A stretch of 63,751 nucleotides of DNA, the filler included, from Cercozoa sp. M6MM (taxonomy: Eukaryota > Protista > Endomyxa: Ascetosporea), in assembly GCA_040357565.1 (NCBI GenBank). It is 7 parts of 7 records of this genome, joined end to end, with 100 filler letters (N's around TTAATTAATTAA, not from the genome) between each part and the next. Parts side by side here need not be neighbours in the genome. Positions count along the whole stretch, not along the records: positions 1 to 2,574 come from JBDODJ010001738.1; positions 2,675 to 9,629 come from JBDODJ010000676.1; positions 9,730 to 16,764 come from JBDODJ010000669.1; 4 more parts are not named here. One strand, written 5' to 3'. A program made the position numbers and the translations under genes. Below, piece by piece: positions 1 to 15,581 of the stretch (within the stretch, counting starts at the first letter, position 1; the number at the start of each line of letters is the position of its first letter). The notes below the pieces were generated by a model. It saw nothing but the letters and a program-made list of their open reading frames with translations. It was not told where the DNA came from and did no database searches.

Positions 1-11
1 CCCCCCCCCCA

Positions 12-943
12 CCAGTCCACAGGCGACAAGACGGTGCGCAGCATCGAGAGTGGCAGAGTGCGCACCTGCAGTGATCGCACGTGCCGCATCAGTGGCACCA
101 GAATCGGCACCGTCCGCCCGGAGCCACACTGACCCAGCAGGTCATGCATCTCGTCCGCGCGGACGCTCCGTGACAGTGCTGCGCGCAGCACGCGTCGCGC
201 CGAGTCGCCTGTCACGGCCACACTGGCCGTCTTGCTCACCTCGCTGGGGGGGGGGNNNNNNNNNNNNNNNNNNNNNNNNNNNNNNNNNNNNNNNNNNNNN
301 NNNNNNNNNNNNNNNNNNNNNNNNNNNNNNNNNNNNNNNNNNNNNNNNNNNNNNNCCCCCCCCCCCCCCCCCCCCCCCCCCCGCGCCCCCCCCCCCCCCC
401 CCTCCGTGGGGGGGGGGGTAAGAGGGGCAAAGGGGTAAAGGGCGGCAAGACTACCCCTGACAGAAGAGCGAGAGCAGTCGGTATCGACCCAGACGTCGCA
501 GCAATAGCGACAGGCAGTCCCATACCTAGACAGGAAGAATGGGGGAGGTTAAGGGGGAGGGGTAGAAGCTCAAGAAACGCACAACTATGCAAGCGGGACG
601 ACCGCGAATCGTTGGCTGAACGGGACCGCTTGCTGGACACATGGACAGAGTGCTATACTTAAGGAAACCTTATGCTTGGTCCAAATGTACCAGGCGGTAG
701 TGTTTTCTCCAGCAAGATTCGCGTGCGCCGGTCACTGCGCACTCGGGGCACAGCTAACACACCACAGACCAGTCAGCACACACGCATGCACCTCACAAGA
801 GCGTCAAGACTTTCTGGCGACCCGTTCTTTGCCAGGTGCTGCATGTGCGACAATGTTTTTGGTTTTTCCACATCTCACGATTTCTCGTATTTGTCAGAGG
901 GAGAAAGATATACGCCAAGTGCCAGCCACTCCAGTTCGAGCAT
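12..943 (-). CDS. multi-exon gene of unknown function (partial, spans an N gap)
   Basis: Minus-strand GT-AG bounded open segments (e.g. EVSKTASVAVTGDSARRVLRAAL... at 14-243; ACIV|VWDCLSLLLRRLG near 455-640) with C-rich introns on the minus strand. Exon phasing not fully resolved. Confidence 0.4.
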
Positions 944-1135
944 TTTTAATTGGCGGGTGGCGACTTAGAGCTTGTGGCACCCTGCCACAACGCGATCAAT
1001 ATCAGCACGCCTGCGCACACACCCGTTGTCTCGGGCGAAAACGAGTTGTGTTGACATCATCAGCACTCCATAAACTCAAAATTAAAAGCAAACAAAGATA
1101 AAATTCTGCTTTAGGGCGATTTGTGAAACTACGCA

Positions 1136-2564
1136 TGGATGTGCTGACGCATTTAAAGCTGCTGCTTACGCAGCAATTGTCCGATCCACGGTCGTTGGCG
1201 CGAGTACTGGGTTTTCTTGAATCCCCTGCTGGCAATGAATGGTGCTTTCCTTTGCCATTCCGGAGGAGATGTCACTAGCAGAAGGCACAATTGTTCACGC
1301 ATAGGCTTTGTAAAATCCGTGAAGAGCACCCAGATGTGCCAGCTAATGTTTTGGTAGCCATGATTTTTCTTTCAGTTATGCCCAAGTCGGTCAGTTGCAC
1401 TTGTATGGACAGGCTCCAGCTTTGGTGGGTGTGCTAGCGAATTCCGCACTGCAGTTGAACGGGACCGGCAATGAAAACCATGTCGACTTATCCATGCTGT
1501 CAACGTGCCGGTTTTTCGGTATCTCAGAGCGACGCTCGTGTGGCTACTGTCACTCCACAGCAACTGACAATGACACCGATGAAGAGAACGTGGGTGTCCA
1601 GAGTCAGCCCAGACGTGCTTGTGCTGACTTGTTGAGTGAACACATGCATGTGAACGACTATGAGCACTTATTGGTACATTCGACTATTCTCGATTTTTTT
1701 GTTTTTCGGTCGAAGTTTTGTTTTTGTTTTTTCCCGGCAGGTTTCCGGTTGGCGACGCTGCGGCACCCTATTCTACCGACCGATCAATCCTGGCGCGTGC
1801 TGGTAGTGAAGGGTAGACGTGTGCGTTTGGAACTGCGAGAGCTTTTATTTTGCAGTCCACAACTCACGCTGCGACTCGAGAGCGAAAGTTTCCGCTTCAC
1901 GAAATCACAGCGACAGAAGAAAAACCGCTTCTTGCGCCGACTTTCGGCGGTTTTGGTGTGTTTTCGATATTTTATTTCGGCGAAAAAAGGAGTGAAAGCC
2001 GAGCTTGAAGTAGCCGGGAGTTTCAAGCGTCGAATTGACGCTCTCGGAAGCGAAATCGAGCGATGAAAAATACGCGCTCTTTCGCAAGTACCAGCAGGAG
2101 ATGTAGCACTTCTTTCAGTCCCATCGGAGTACAGGGGTAGAGAGGATGCGGGTATGAGGGGGAGGGCAAAGCAATGTTTGTGCAGTCACAACGACGAAAG
2201 CACCACGAAAGGTTTCGCGAGGTTTCTGTGCGACTCGCCGCTCTTCTGTCACACGTAGTGCTGTTTTACCCCCCCCCCCTCCCCCCTTCGTACCCCTTTT
2301 TACCCTCCTTCTTACCGCCCTTCTTACCCTCCTTCTGACTCTTTTCTTACTGCTTACTCTGTAGCAATGTGGAGTTGGATGGAGACCAGAGTGCTGCTGT
2401 ACCTTTGCCCTTTTGCCCCTCCGTTGTTCCTCTTGCTTCCTTGACCCTCGCCCCCTTAATAAGCAGCAGGACGAATGCTTGACGAAACTGCCGGCAGAGT
2501 TGCGACTCGAAATCAAACGAATCGCGCGGACGCTCGCCGAGTCGCCGCGGATGTTCTCGTCGTG
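1136..2564 (+). CDS. multi-exon hypothetical protein (3' partial)
   Basis: ATG MDVLTHLKLLLTQQLSDPRSLARVLGFLES...; later exons GFRLATLRHPILPTDQSWRVLVVK and DECLTKLPAELRLEIKRIARTLAESPRMF flanked by pyrimidine-rich introns. No recognisable family. Confidence 0.4.
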
Positions 2565-2618
2565 GTTACCCCCCNNNNNNNNNNNNNNNNNNNNNNNNNN
2601 NNNNNNNNNNNNNNNNNN

Positions 2619-2630
2619 TTAATTAATTAA
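2619..2630. other. artificial contig linker TTAATTAATTAA in N-runs (also 9674-9685, 16809-16820, 34787-34798, 57516-57527, 62087-62098)
   Basis: Identical 12-mer with stops in all six frames, each time flanked by N-runs of the same length. Confidence 0.97.
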
Positions 2631-2722
2631 NNNNNNNNNNNNNNNNNNNNNNNNNNNNNNNNNNNNNNNNNNNNCCCCCCCCCCCCCCTGTTTACCCCCT
2701 CCCCATGTTTACCCTGCCCCAG

Positions 2723-4917
<2,195 letters not shown>

Positions 4918-5304
4918 CGTTGACACCGCCCCCGTAGCTACTCCCCAAAAATACGGCAAAGCGAGAGAGAGAGAGAGAGAGAGGGAGAGACAAGGTGTCT
5001 CTCTGCGTCAATTACGTATGACGGATTCGTTCTATGGAACTGATCGATATCAATCGCATCTCTAATTTTTTGAATTACGTCACGATTGTGCTGTACCGTA
5101 CAAACCGAACCACAGCGCACTCATTGGATCCGAACCCGCACGCACACCAAGTAAACCGTAAATCGGGTATCAATCCGCCGGCGAGCCGCAGAGGAACTGA
5201 CCGGACGCGAAAGTCGCGCTATAGTTTTTGTAACCGAAGCAGACTACGGTATTCATCGCATTTGCGTTGGTCCATCTGTCGATCGGCTCGTTTTTTCAAT
5301 GATT

Positions 5305-5463
5305 TCAACACGAGTTGGCGCGGCCGCGATCGCCGCTGCTGCTGCTGGAAAGAGAATTCGAGCTGCCGGCGTCCGACGCATCGTCAGGACGCTGGACAGG
5401 AACACTTGTTATGTCTTTTACTTCGAGTGTGTGTGTGTGTGTGTGTGTGTGTGNNNNNNNNNN

Positions 5464-5542
<79 letters not shown>

Positions 5543-6280
5543 AAAATTGTACCTCTGGCACGGGAGAGGGACCCATTTCCAAAAAGACATGCGGCGAATT
5601 GTCGTTCGATCCCTGAGTACATGTGTACCTCTATTTCTAACAGTGTAGACAGGGTAGACAGTTGACGTACTTGACTCGACTCGCTCCTCCGCCGAGGACC
5701 CGGCGCAAGAGCCGAGCGAAACTGCCGTCGCGTCGCCGCATCGACCGAGAAGAAAGGTCGCTTGCCACTATCCGAGCGTCGCGAGCTATCCGCGCGGACA
5801 TGCATACAAATACAAACGAACAAAGCGAGTGGTTGATACCTGTGAATCTGCGCGCGCTGACTGTTGCTGCTGCTGCGCGTGGTGCCGTGACTGCTTTCGT
5901 ACGCCAGTGACAGTGCCTAAAGCAGAAGGATGGGGTAGAGGGGGAGGAAGGGGTAAAGAGGTCAAGGGAGGCAGACTCACTGTCATCGGCGACGAGAACA
6001 CACTGAGCGATCGCATGGCCAGCAGCGCCGGCGACTCGGTCACCGACTGCGTGGCCGTCAGTGTACTGTACAGACAGACTCCAATGTGTACAGATGGACC
6101 CCAGTGTGTCAGTACAGATAGATGGGCATGAGGGGGAGGTACGTGCGGTGCAGCATGTCGCGCGACAGAGTCGGCAGGTCGGCCTCGCTGTCGGGACGCG
6201 TGAGACCCGACGTGTCACGCAGCAGCTCGCTGTCGCTGCGCTCCTCGTCGCTCACACTGCGGGGGGGGGGGGGGGTAAAG

Positions 6281-6312
<32 letters not shown>

Positions 6313-7232
6313 GTGTGTGTGTGGGGGGGTAAGCACCTGTAGATCGGCGACAGCGGCTGCGTGTGACTCGACGTGTTGAGAATGTCGATATTGATCTCGC
6401 CGCGCTCGTTCTCCACACTGATCTCGGACGGTGTGCCGATGCGATCGGGCTCACTGCCAGGCACGATCACACCGTCACCGGTGATGCCACCAGTGACACC
6501 GTCAGTGACACCGTCGATGCTCTCGGCAGCGGCCAGAGCGCTGCTGATTTCGATGGCGGCTTGCTCGCGTGACACCTGCTGCGGCGGCTGACGCGCGATC
6601 AGCACGACACCTGCGCAGAAAAACCGTCCTCAAGCCTCAGTGAGGATGTGTGCGATCACTGATCGCTTAGTGACCACCCCAGTGATCGCTCCAGTGACAG
6701 AGAGAACGGTGGTCGTACCACTCAGGATCGCAAAGATCGACATGACAAAGAAGACCACCTGCGTGCCGTTCATGGTCTGGAACTCCTCAAAGTAGATGCC
6801 GCCACTCACGATACTGAACACGATCCAGCCGACCTGTCGGACCAGGGGGTAACAGGGGGGAGGAGGGGGAAGTAGAGACTACCTGCATGGCAGGAATGAT
6901 AAAGACGCCGTCCCACTTCTTCAGAGCGTAGTTCATTCGCGACAGCCAGAACACCATGAGTCCGGCCCAGCCCAGCAGCACCTACACAGACAGTACACTT
7001 GTGCACACTGTTCAGTATGTACAGTACAATTTGTCCACATGGACACACACCTATGAGGTACCAAATAAGTGTAGGGATGCTTCATCTGCGAGTTGCCGGC
7101 CATCGTGCGAGCCAACAACTCAGCTGGAGGGGNNNNNNNNNNNNNNNNNNNNNNNNNNNNNNNNNNNNNNNNNNNNNNNNNNNNNNNNNNNNNNNNNNNN
7201 NNNNNNNNNNNNNNNNNNNNNNNNNNNNNNNN

Positions 7233-7272
<40 letters not shown>

Positions 7273-8918
7273 AGGGAGTCTACCACATGACTTAGCCGTC
7301 AGCACCGATTGCGTGCCGAAACATGCCGAAATGAAAGCGAAAAGCGATGCTGCCAGAGTGTTTAAACACTTTCTTAAAGAAACACATGAGACATAAGGAA
7401 GACTGCTGAAGAGTACCCAGAACACGCGACGTGGGCGGTAAAGCTTCTATCCTCTGGATGCACTTGCCGTCGCTATCGTCCATGTCGCCCGAGTCGATAC
7501 TGGAGTGTCTACTGGCGATGGCGTTGCGCGCCTCGTCACTGTCGTCAGTGAAGACGAGGATTTCCTCCTGCTGCGACGGCGGCTCGTTACGAGGCACTTC
7601 CAGCGGCATACCGTCGCATCTGTTACATCAGGCAATGTTCACATCTCAGATTAACTTAACAGTTAGTAAATCCGATTATTAACATTATTTGTTGAGACAA
7701 TCAAATTCAGCTGGAGAGTGAAAGGTACCGAGACAGATAAAGAGCCAGCGAACTGAGAACCGGCCATTCCTTTCGAATACACAATCGACGCGTCGCTTGG
7801 AACCAGTAACTAAGAGACAGAGAGAAGCTACCAAACACAAAACACACCAAAGGACCTGGGAAAACAGATACCGACGCATTCCTTTGAGATACAGCGTGTG
7901 AAGCAACACGCACAAAGCTGCCATGGCCAGCAGATAGCCCAAGTAGTCCGGCTCGACCCATCGACGCATCAAAGCACCGCTACTCCATTTTTTGTTCGTT
8001 TTCGACGCTGTAAGTCTGTAAATACACAAGAGTGCACATCCGCGCGGACACATGGAAAAACCAAAATAAACGGTACACAACGCCGGTATTGCCAACCACG
8101 ATCACAAGTGTGCCAACAGCCGCCATGGCTGTGATTGGCGTATCCAGTAGCAGCTTGGCGAATATCGTGTTGCTCACGAACTGTACACTGCCTGTCAAAA
8201 CAAATAACCAGTTTGCAAACAAGGTTGTTTGCAAAAGAAAACAATTTACCAAGTGCTGAAAGGAGCGACTGTGCCGCTTGCGAAAACGAGGCAAAGTTGA
8301 GAAAGTTGCCCACGGTGAAGAGCAGCCAGCCACCCTATTTTCCAAAGACACCCCAAAAAGTTGAATCAAATCGAAAAACTGAGTCAAAACAGCAAACAAA
8401 ACGCAGCAAAAGCACACGTTTCTCGTTGAATTGAAAGCCAAAAGTACAATAAATCGCAGTTTGTATCGACGAATCAACGCTTCGTCCTCTTCCTCAATGT
8501 CCAAATCTTCGAGTTCTGCACCGAGAATGAGTTTGATTAGTGATTACGAGCACATCGAACGGACCAGACTGCTCCATGTCGTCCACGTCGACAAGTTCGC
8601 CTTTGCGCAGCTTACGACGCGCCATTCCACGGTCAAACTCTGGCCGGTGCTGCTCTTTCAGCTGCAGGTGTGGATCAGATACAGATGCTACAGTCGAGAA
8701 AAAACAAACGGCACAACTAGCGTACCAGATGCGCCGTTTTGACGAGAATTGTGCCGACATTAATCGAGATTGAACCGGCCAAGTTCAGTGCCTGTGAGGA
8801 AACACGCGAATCACCAGGCAACTCGAGAGCAAAAATTTGATCAGCATACCACACCAACTCCCCATGAGTGGGATGTTTCATCGGCGGGAACCTGCTCGGT
8901 CACAGTAGCCTGTGACAT
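5305..8918 (-). CDS. NIPA / DUF803 magnesium-transporter family protein with long Ser-rich C-tail
   Basis: Spliced WGVGVALNLAGSISINVGTILVK, GNFLNFASFSQAAQSLLSALGSVQFVSNTIFA, GTQSVLTAKS, FWLSRMNYALKKWDGVFIIPAMQVGWIVFSIVSGGIYFEEF. Confidence 0.9.
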
Positions 8919-9276
8919 GCTGCAGGCACACGTGCGCACACTGTGCTTTTGTGCTAGACTACCAAAACACAAAAGTTGAGATTAAAGTGATCTTTGAGTG
9001 ATGCCTTTGGGCAAGAATGGCCACCCGATCACACAAACAATAATACAGCGGGCAGCTTCGGGAAGTAGTGACTCGAGATCCGCAGGTCTCGGACAACCGG
9101 CACGGCTCGCGTGGGGTTTGTGCTGGGCTTTTAACTTGACCAAAAGGTCCAGAGCGAGAAGCCGGGAAGATAAAATACAAACGTCGCTGCAACGAAAAGC
9201 TGCAGATCATTGATCTTTCGGCCTGAAACTGATCGCTTCCACCACCGTCATCAGCACGTGTACAACGTCGACAGGT

Positions 9277-9372
9277 GGCCTATTGCATGTACGAAGGTCT
9301 GTTACAACTGTCTGCAGGGTAGATGGCCAGAAGCTAGACAGTTGTAACAGACCTTCGTACATGCAATAGGCC
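9277..9372. repeat. perfect 37-bp inverted repeat with 22-nt loop
   Basis: ggcctattgcatgtacgaaggtctgttacaactgtct (9277-9313) and its exact reverse complement (9336-9372). Confidence 0.95.
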
Positions 9373-9534
9373 CGTTTATTAACTTTTCATGACTAAATGG
9401 CTGGCATTGCAAATCAAAAATGGGTGTGCCTTTCGCCTTGAGATAAACAAACGTGCTGCTGGGTTACCTCAGAATACGTTCGATTTCAGCAAAACCTCAC
9501 CGAGTGCGGGGAGCCCGGGTCGGGGGATGGCTTG

Positions 9535-9629
<95 letters not shown>

Positions 9630-9729
9630 NNNNNNNNNNNNNNNNNNNNNNNNNNNNNNNNNNNNNNNNNNNNTTAATTAATTAANNNNNNNNNNNNNNN
9701 NNNNNNNNNNNNNNNNNNNNNNNNNNNNN

Positions 9730-12700
9730 CGCACCTTTGGTGTGTCTTCCTTCTTCTTGCTGCCCCCCCTCTTGGCCTCTTTGACCTTTACCCCCCCCCC
9801 CATTTACCCCTTCCTCGCCAAGCAGAAGGGAGCGCGACAAGGAGACGCAGGAGAGTGTGGCGCAGGACAGTCTGGCCGTGCACGTGGGCAGCTCGCTGAT
9901 CGCCGAGTCACCGACGGTGCGACCGCTGACTCGAGCGGCCGCACTGAGTCGACTGGGCGACACGTGGGACGGTAGTGGGCTGAACGAAGAGCTGCAGGAC
10001 GAGGTCGCTGCCCTGGTGGCCGAGGCGCAGTTGGACGAGCGGCAGGAGGAGGCTGAGTACGGCGGTATTCCTCTCATTCTGCCCTCTTTTTCTGCCCTCT
10101 TTTTCTGCCCTCTTTATCCACCCTTTACCCCCTCTTTACCCCCTCTTTATCCACCCTTCCCTGCTCTCTGTCCTTTCCCTATATCCCTCCCACTTGAGCA
10201 GGAGCATCGGCACCCGTGCACGCGCATTATGCACGCTCGCTGGCAACGATGCGGGACGCTGCTGGTCAGGTAGTTTCTGTTCACTACCTTTGTTTCCTCC
10301 TACACCCCTCATTACTCCCCAACAGGTACAAACGGCCAAGTGGGCGCTGCCACGTCGACTGCGGTGGCTACAGAAACTGCCGTACCTGGTGCGACGACAG
10401 TGGTCACTGACGGTGCGCGACCGTCCGCTGGTACTTGCACGTGTCGCACAGGTCGTCGTGGCGGGAGTACTTGTGGGTGCTGCCTTCTTCAACACGCTGG
10501 GAGCTGCCTTCGCCACCGCCGACGACGCTGTGTTCTCCAATCGCAGTGTGCGCAACACGCTCTCCTTGTAGGCTCCGTTTCGACCCCCCCCCCGTTATAC
10601 CTTTCCTGTTAACCCCTTGGTTACGCCATGCTTATACCCTGTTTACCCCCTACCCTCGGGCTTATTTCTCTGCCAACTACATCACATGTTTACCCTCCAT
10701 TTACCCGTCTGTTTTTCCCGACTCAGGTGGTTCTTCCTGCTGGGCGTGGCGGGGTACGGAGCGCTGCCGTTCGTGCCGACACTGGCGGCGCAGCGCAAGG
10801 TGTTCTACACGCAGCACCGAGGTGGCTACTTTGGCGTCGGCACCTTTGCCTTGTCGCTCGTGGCCGTTGAGTTACCGGCGGCACTGTTGGAGACGACGCT
10901 GCTCACTGTGCTGGCTGTGCTGCCGGTATTGTCCCCTTTACCTACACTCCTGTTTGCTTATTGTTGCCCCTCCCCAACAGGCGGTAGGCACAGGTTTGGC
11001 GACGGGAGGTGCGGCTTGGCTGCTGTGTCTGCAGGCGTGGTTACTGCTGTGGCTAGTGCGAGCCACCAGCTGGGCTTTCTGCATGCTGTGCACGGCTGGC
11101 CTGCCAACGGCCTCGCAGGCACAGGTGAATCTTACCCTCCTCTGTTTATCCCCCTGATTACCCAGATGCCCTGTCCCGTCCCCCAGACGGTGGCGGCGCT
11201 GGTGCTGCCGGTGCTGCTGATGAGCAACGGTTTCCTGGCACCGTACGCCTCGATTCCGATGGCGTGGCGCTGGGCCTTTTGGACGAACTTTATGACACTG
11301 CCGTGGCATGCCCTCGTGGACGCCTCGCTGCGACATGTGTCCGCGCGGATCACCTGTGTCGATCAGAGTGACACGCACCCTGCTGCTGGTGGCTCACTGC
11401 GCGGCTGCTGGTTCGCTTCGTGGCGCGACGTCGGTCACAAGGTTGACTTTACTTCCCGCTCACCCCTCTACCCCCGTACCCCCCCCCCCCCCCTGTCACA
11501 GTGGTCGATCCTGCCTTGGGAGCGTGCGTTGTCGCCGACGGCCCTAGCGTCAGGTTTGTGCGTGCTGGCACTGCTGGTCGCTGTGTGTGCCGCACTGCTG
11601 CGCTGGCTGAATCACGAGCAGTCGCGCATGGAGACCCCGGTGGGAACAATCCTCAGACAGCAAGACAGCCAACAAGAACAACTACAAGAGCAACAAAAAC
11701 AACAGCAACAAAAACAACAGCAAGAACAACAACAGGAAGAAGGCGTGCATATCGAGATGCCGACACCCTCGCAGGAGGAAGTCAAGCAGGAAGAAACGCC
11801 GTCGAAACAAGGCGTGCAACTGGCCTTCCGCGCGGTCACCTATGTCGTCGGTGACCAGGCGTTTCTCCAGCAGTGCGCTGGCATTGCCGAGGCCGGCGAG
11901 GTCGTGGCACTCATGGGTCCCAGCGGCGCCGGCAAGAGCACGCTGCTGGTGCGTTTCCCCCTACCCCCCGTTCAACCTCCCAGTTTCCCCCTTACCTCCC
12001 CCTCCCGAAGGACGTACTGGCCGGCAAGAAAACGACGGGCCGCGTGGGTGGCACGGTGTTGTTCGACGGGGAGTCACGCCAGCAGGTGCACTTTGCCTCC
12101 TTGGCCGGCTATGTCGAACAGGCCGACTCTCACCTGTCAACTGAGACTCCAAGGGACGCCGTTATGTTCGCTGCCTCGCTGCGACTGCCGTACTGCCCTT
12201 TAGCCTCCCGTTTACCTCCTGTTTACCCCTTACCCTCTTACTATGTTTCCTACTGTCTACACCTTTCCTTCTTTACCCCTGTTTACCTCTTCCCTTTCTT
12301 TACCCTGTTTACCCTGTATATTCCCTGTTTACTCCCTGTTCACCCCCGTTTATCCCTATTGACCCCCTGACCCCCTATTTACCCCCTCCGTAGTGACGTA
12401 TCGGAGGAGAGCGAGCGCGAGCGGCGGGTGCAGCGAGTGCTGAAACAGCTGGGTCTGTCGGCCGACGCGGACAAGTCGCTGGCTGGCGCGTCGCCGGAGG
12501 TGCACAAGAAGACCACGATCGCCGTCGAACTGGTGGCGGCGCCGCGTCTCATCTTCCTGGTACTACTGTACTGTACAACTAGGCTGAACAACCGGACTGT
12601 GCAACTGGACTGTACAACTGTGCACAGGACGAACCGACCACGGGACTGGACGCGGCTGCGGCACTCGACGTCATGCTCGCCGTGCGACGCCTGGCGCATG

Positions 12701-13180
12701 AGGTTAGTTTAGTGTTAGACCCCTTGCCCTCCTCCTCCTTCTCACCCTGTTTGTCCTTGTTTATTCCCTGTTTATTCCTTGCTTATACCACTCTTTGCTC
12801 CTGTTTACACCCCCTGTTTACTCCCTACACTCTTGTTTACTCCCTGCTCTTACACCCCTACTTACCCCCCTGTTTTGCTCGAGCAGGATGGTCGCACGGT
12901 GCTGTGCACGATTCACCAGCCGTCGCGCGAGTTGTTCGCGCTGTGCGACCGTCTGCTGCTGCTGCGCAGTGGCGGTCGCGTCGCCTTCTTTGACCGACTG
13001 GAGGCACTCGGCGACTTTTGGCAGGACGTGTCTGTCGGTGCTTACGCACATACCCCACTCAAACATAACCTTCTAATAACCCTTCTAATAACCCTTGGAC
13101 AGACGGTGAGCCACTGCGCATGCAGCCGGGCCAGAACGGCGCCGACTTTGCCATGGACGCACTAGCCGCTATGGTCTCTT

Positions 13181-13228
<48 letters not shown>

Positions 13229-13238
13229 NNNNNNNNNN

Positions 13239-13298
<60 letters not shown>

Positions 13299-14729
13299 AC
13301 AAATTATTATTTATATATTTATTTATTTGTTTATTTATAGATATACACATATATAAATATGTATGTCGATGTTCAGGACCAGCAAGACATCGACGCAGCC
13401 GAGATCTGGCGGCAGAGCGAGGCGCACCGACAAGCCATGGCGACACTCGAGTCACTGTGTCCCTCCGCGGGGGCAGGACAGGAACAGCAACTGTTGCCGG
13501 TGCAGCCTGCAGCTGGCAAGGCTCGTGCGACGGTGTCTCTCAATTCTTGCTTTTACTCTTTACCCTCCTTGCCCTTGACCCTGCTTTCTACCTTGAGTCT
13601 CGTTCTTACTCCCTGTCCCTTCGCTCTCCCCTGGTCAGATCGGCCGCCAGTTCAGAACGTTGTTGCGACGCGCCTGGCGACAGCAACGCCGCAGCAGGGA
13701 GGCTGTGAGGACTCGCTTGCTGTCGACCTTCATCATGGGTCTGTGCCTCGGTGTGCTTTTCTGGCAGGTAGTCTTGCTGTCATATCCCATCTATCCATAC
13801 CAGCATACCCCTTTTCCTCCTCCCCGGACACAGATACCGCGCAACTTCCAAGGCGCTGCCGCATGTGCTGTGGCGGTGCTGTTCATGCCGGTGGTGCACG
13901 CCACCGAGACGGCCGGCAGCGAGGTGCCGTCGCTCATTGCCGAGCGCGGCATGCTGTACCGCGAGTTGTCGGCACGCGCCTACGCCAGCAGCATTTACTA
14001 CTTGACGCGCCTGCTGGCCTCGATGCCGGCCGTGCTGCTGCAGTCACTGGCCATGGTGCTGCCGTTGTGGCCCATGTCCCTGTCGGCACTAGCGCCGTGG
14101 TCGGCACTGCCTGTGTTCGCACTCGCCTTGGCTGTGACCTTCGTGGCTGCCACCACACTGGCGCACGTGGCCGCCTCCGTGTCGCCCAGTGACGGTGTCG
14201 GCAACACCGTCTACACGGCCGTACTTACAGCACTGCGCCTCGGCAGCGGCTTCATCGTGCTGCGTTCCGTCATGTCGTGGCCGCTCTTCCCGGCCTACTA
14301 CGCGGTAACCCCGTGTACGCACTGTCTTGACTTGACCCGATCTGTCTGCTGCCTCTCATGTAGGGACCCTTCCACTACGCTCTCTACGCCTCGGCCGCCT
14401 CGGCCTACGGCCGCGCTGACACGGTGTTCTCGTGCCAATCGCCTGACGAACTGAGTGCGCTCTACGCCGACGGCGCTGTCGATCCCAGTGTGCGAGTGTG
14501 TGCGCTCGGACAGACTGCTGACATGCTTAAGAACTTCAGCGTTGGCGCTGGTACACTGCAGTTTCTGTAGTGCTTTTCACAACTTTCTGCCTGGCTAACT
14601 CTGTGTGCTGCTGTCCTTGTAGGTCTCACGGACATGCTTGAGTACCTGGGCTCTCTCGGTGCCATTGCGGTCGCATGTGCCGTCGTGGCTGCCACTGTGC
14701 TCACATTCAAGCGCTTCGAGTCGCGGTAA
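9730..14729 (+). CDS. full-size ABCG/PDR-type transporter (5' partial: TMD1-NBD2-TMD2)
   Basis: Walker A GPSGAGKSTLLDVLAGKKT, GYVEQAD, degenerate signature ASPEVHKKTTIAVEL, Walker B IFLDEPTTGLD, CTIHQPS, ERGMLYRE; two ABC2-type TMDs; TAA at 14727. Confidence 0.93.
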
Positions 14730-14989
14730 AATAAAGGACGCGGTAGCTTGGGTCCTGCGCGATACCGTTGTTTAGGTTGCATTCAGCCTCTAGCTAGGAC
14801 ACCCTGTCGTGACCCATGGCCCTCAGAGCTGGTGGAGGGGATCTACAGATTGTACTACTGACTGAAGGCGAGGACCGAGTTAACCGACGGCGAAATTCAA
14901 TCCATTGTGCATGCAATGCATCGCGTACCATAAAACGACTGTACCGGCGGAGTCTAAGTCAACATGAACGGCGGCACTGACGTGACACG

Positions 14990-15581
14990 TCACACGCTTG
15001 TATCGTCCTTGTCTTCCTTGCTGTTGTCGGTTGGCGCCACCTGCAAGCAAATTGATTTGTACAATACTCGAGAGATAAAAGTGGGCAGTCAGTAAGAACT
15101 TAAACTACCTCGAACCAGCGTCGCCAAAAGGGCAGCGACTCGTAAATGAGTCGCTGCTCTTTTAGCAGCAGCCGCTGCTCTTTTAACAGAAGCCGGCGCT
15201 GCGTTTCCTGTTCTTTGAACAGAAGTCGCCGCTGCGTCTGCTGCTCCGTAAACAGCAGCCGTTGCTACAAACACAAAAGTGACAGTACCACCTCATGCAC
15301 CGAAAGCAGCTCGTACCTCCTTCAGGGCTCCGAGGTACGTGTGTGCGCCGAAGCCAAGCACAACGACGCCGGCGATCAGTTTCGGCGGCTGCAAAGAGTG
15401 AGATCGTGTCTTAATAAATGTTATGGGAGCAGGTATTGTACCATTTTCTTGACAATGATTGTCGCCGCTTTCGCCAGCCCCGGAATGCCTGCATGAAAGA
15501 ACAACTTATTAAATTTACAAGGTCTTCGATTATCGGATATCCCGATCAGACAATTGTCTAACACAAGTACTCACCTGGCAT
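14990..15581 (-). CDS. small hypothetical protein (~110 aa, one hydrophobic segment plus coiled-coil repeats)
   Basis: Five GT-AG exons join in frame: MPGIPGLAKAATIIVKKMPPKLIAGVVVLGFGAHTYLGALKEQRLLFTEQQTQRRLLFKEQETQRRLLLKEQRLLLKEQRLIYESLPFWRRWFEVAPTDNSKEDKDDTSV*. Confidence 0.6.

Noticed and set aside
455-525. TERT-like or ELP5-like motif (WDCLSLLLRRLG)
   Set aside because: Spacing does not fit TERT and there are no supporting motifs for either.
2575-2674. Recurrent TTAATTAATTAA between N-runs as a biological repeat, and gene clusters spanning them
   Set aside because: Artificial six-frame-stop contig linker; neighbours across it are not syntenic.
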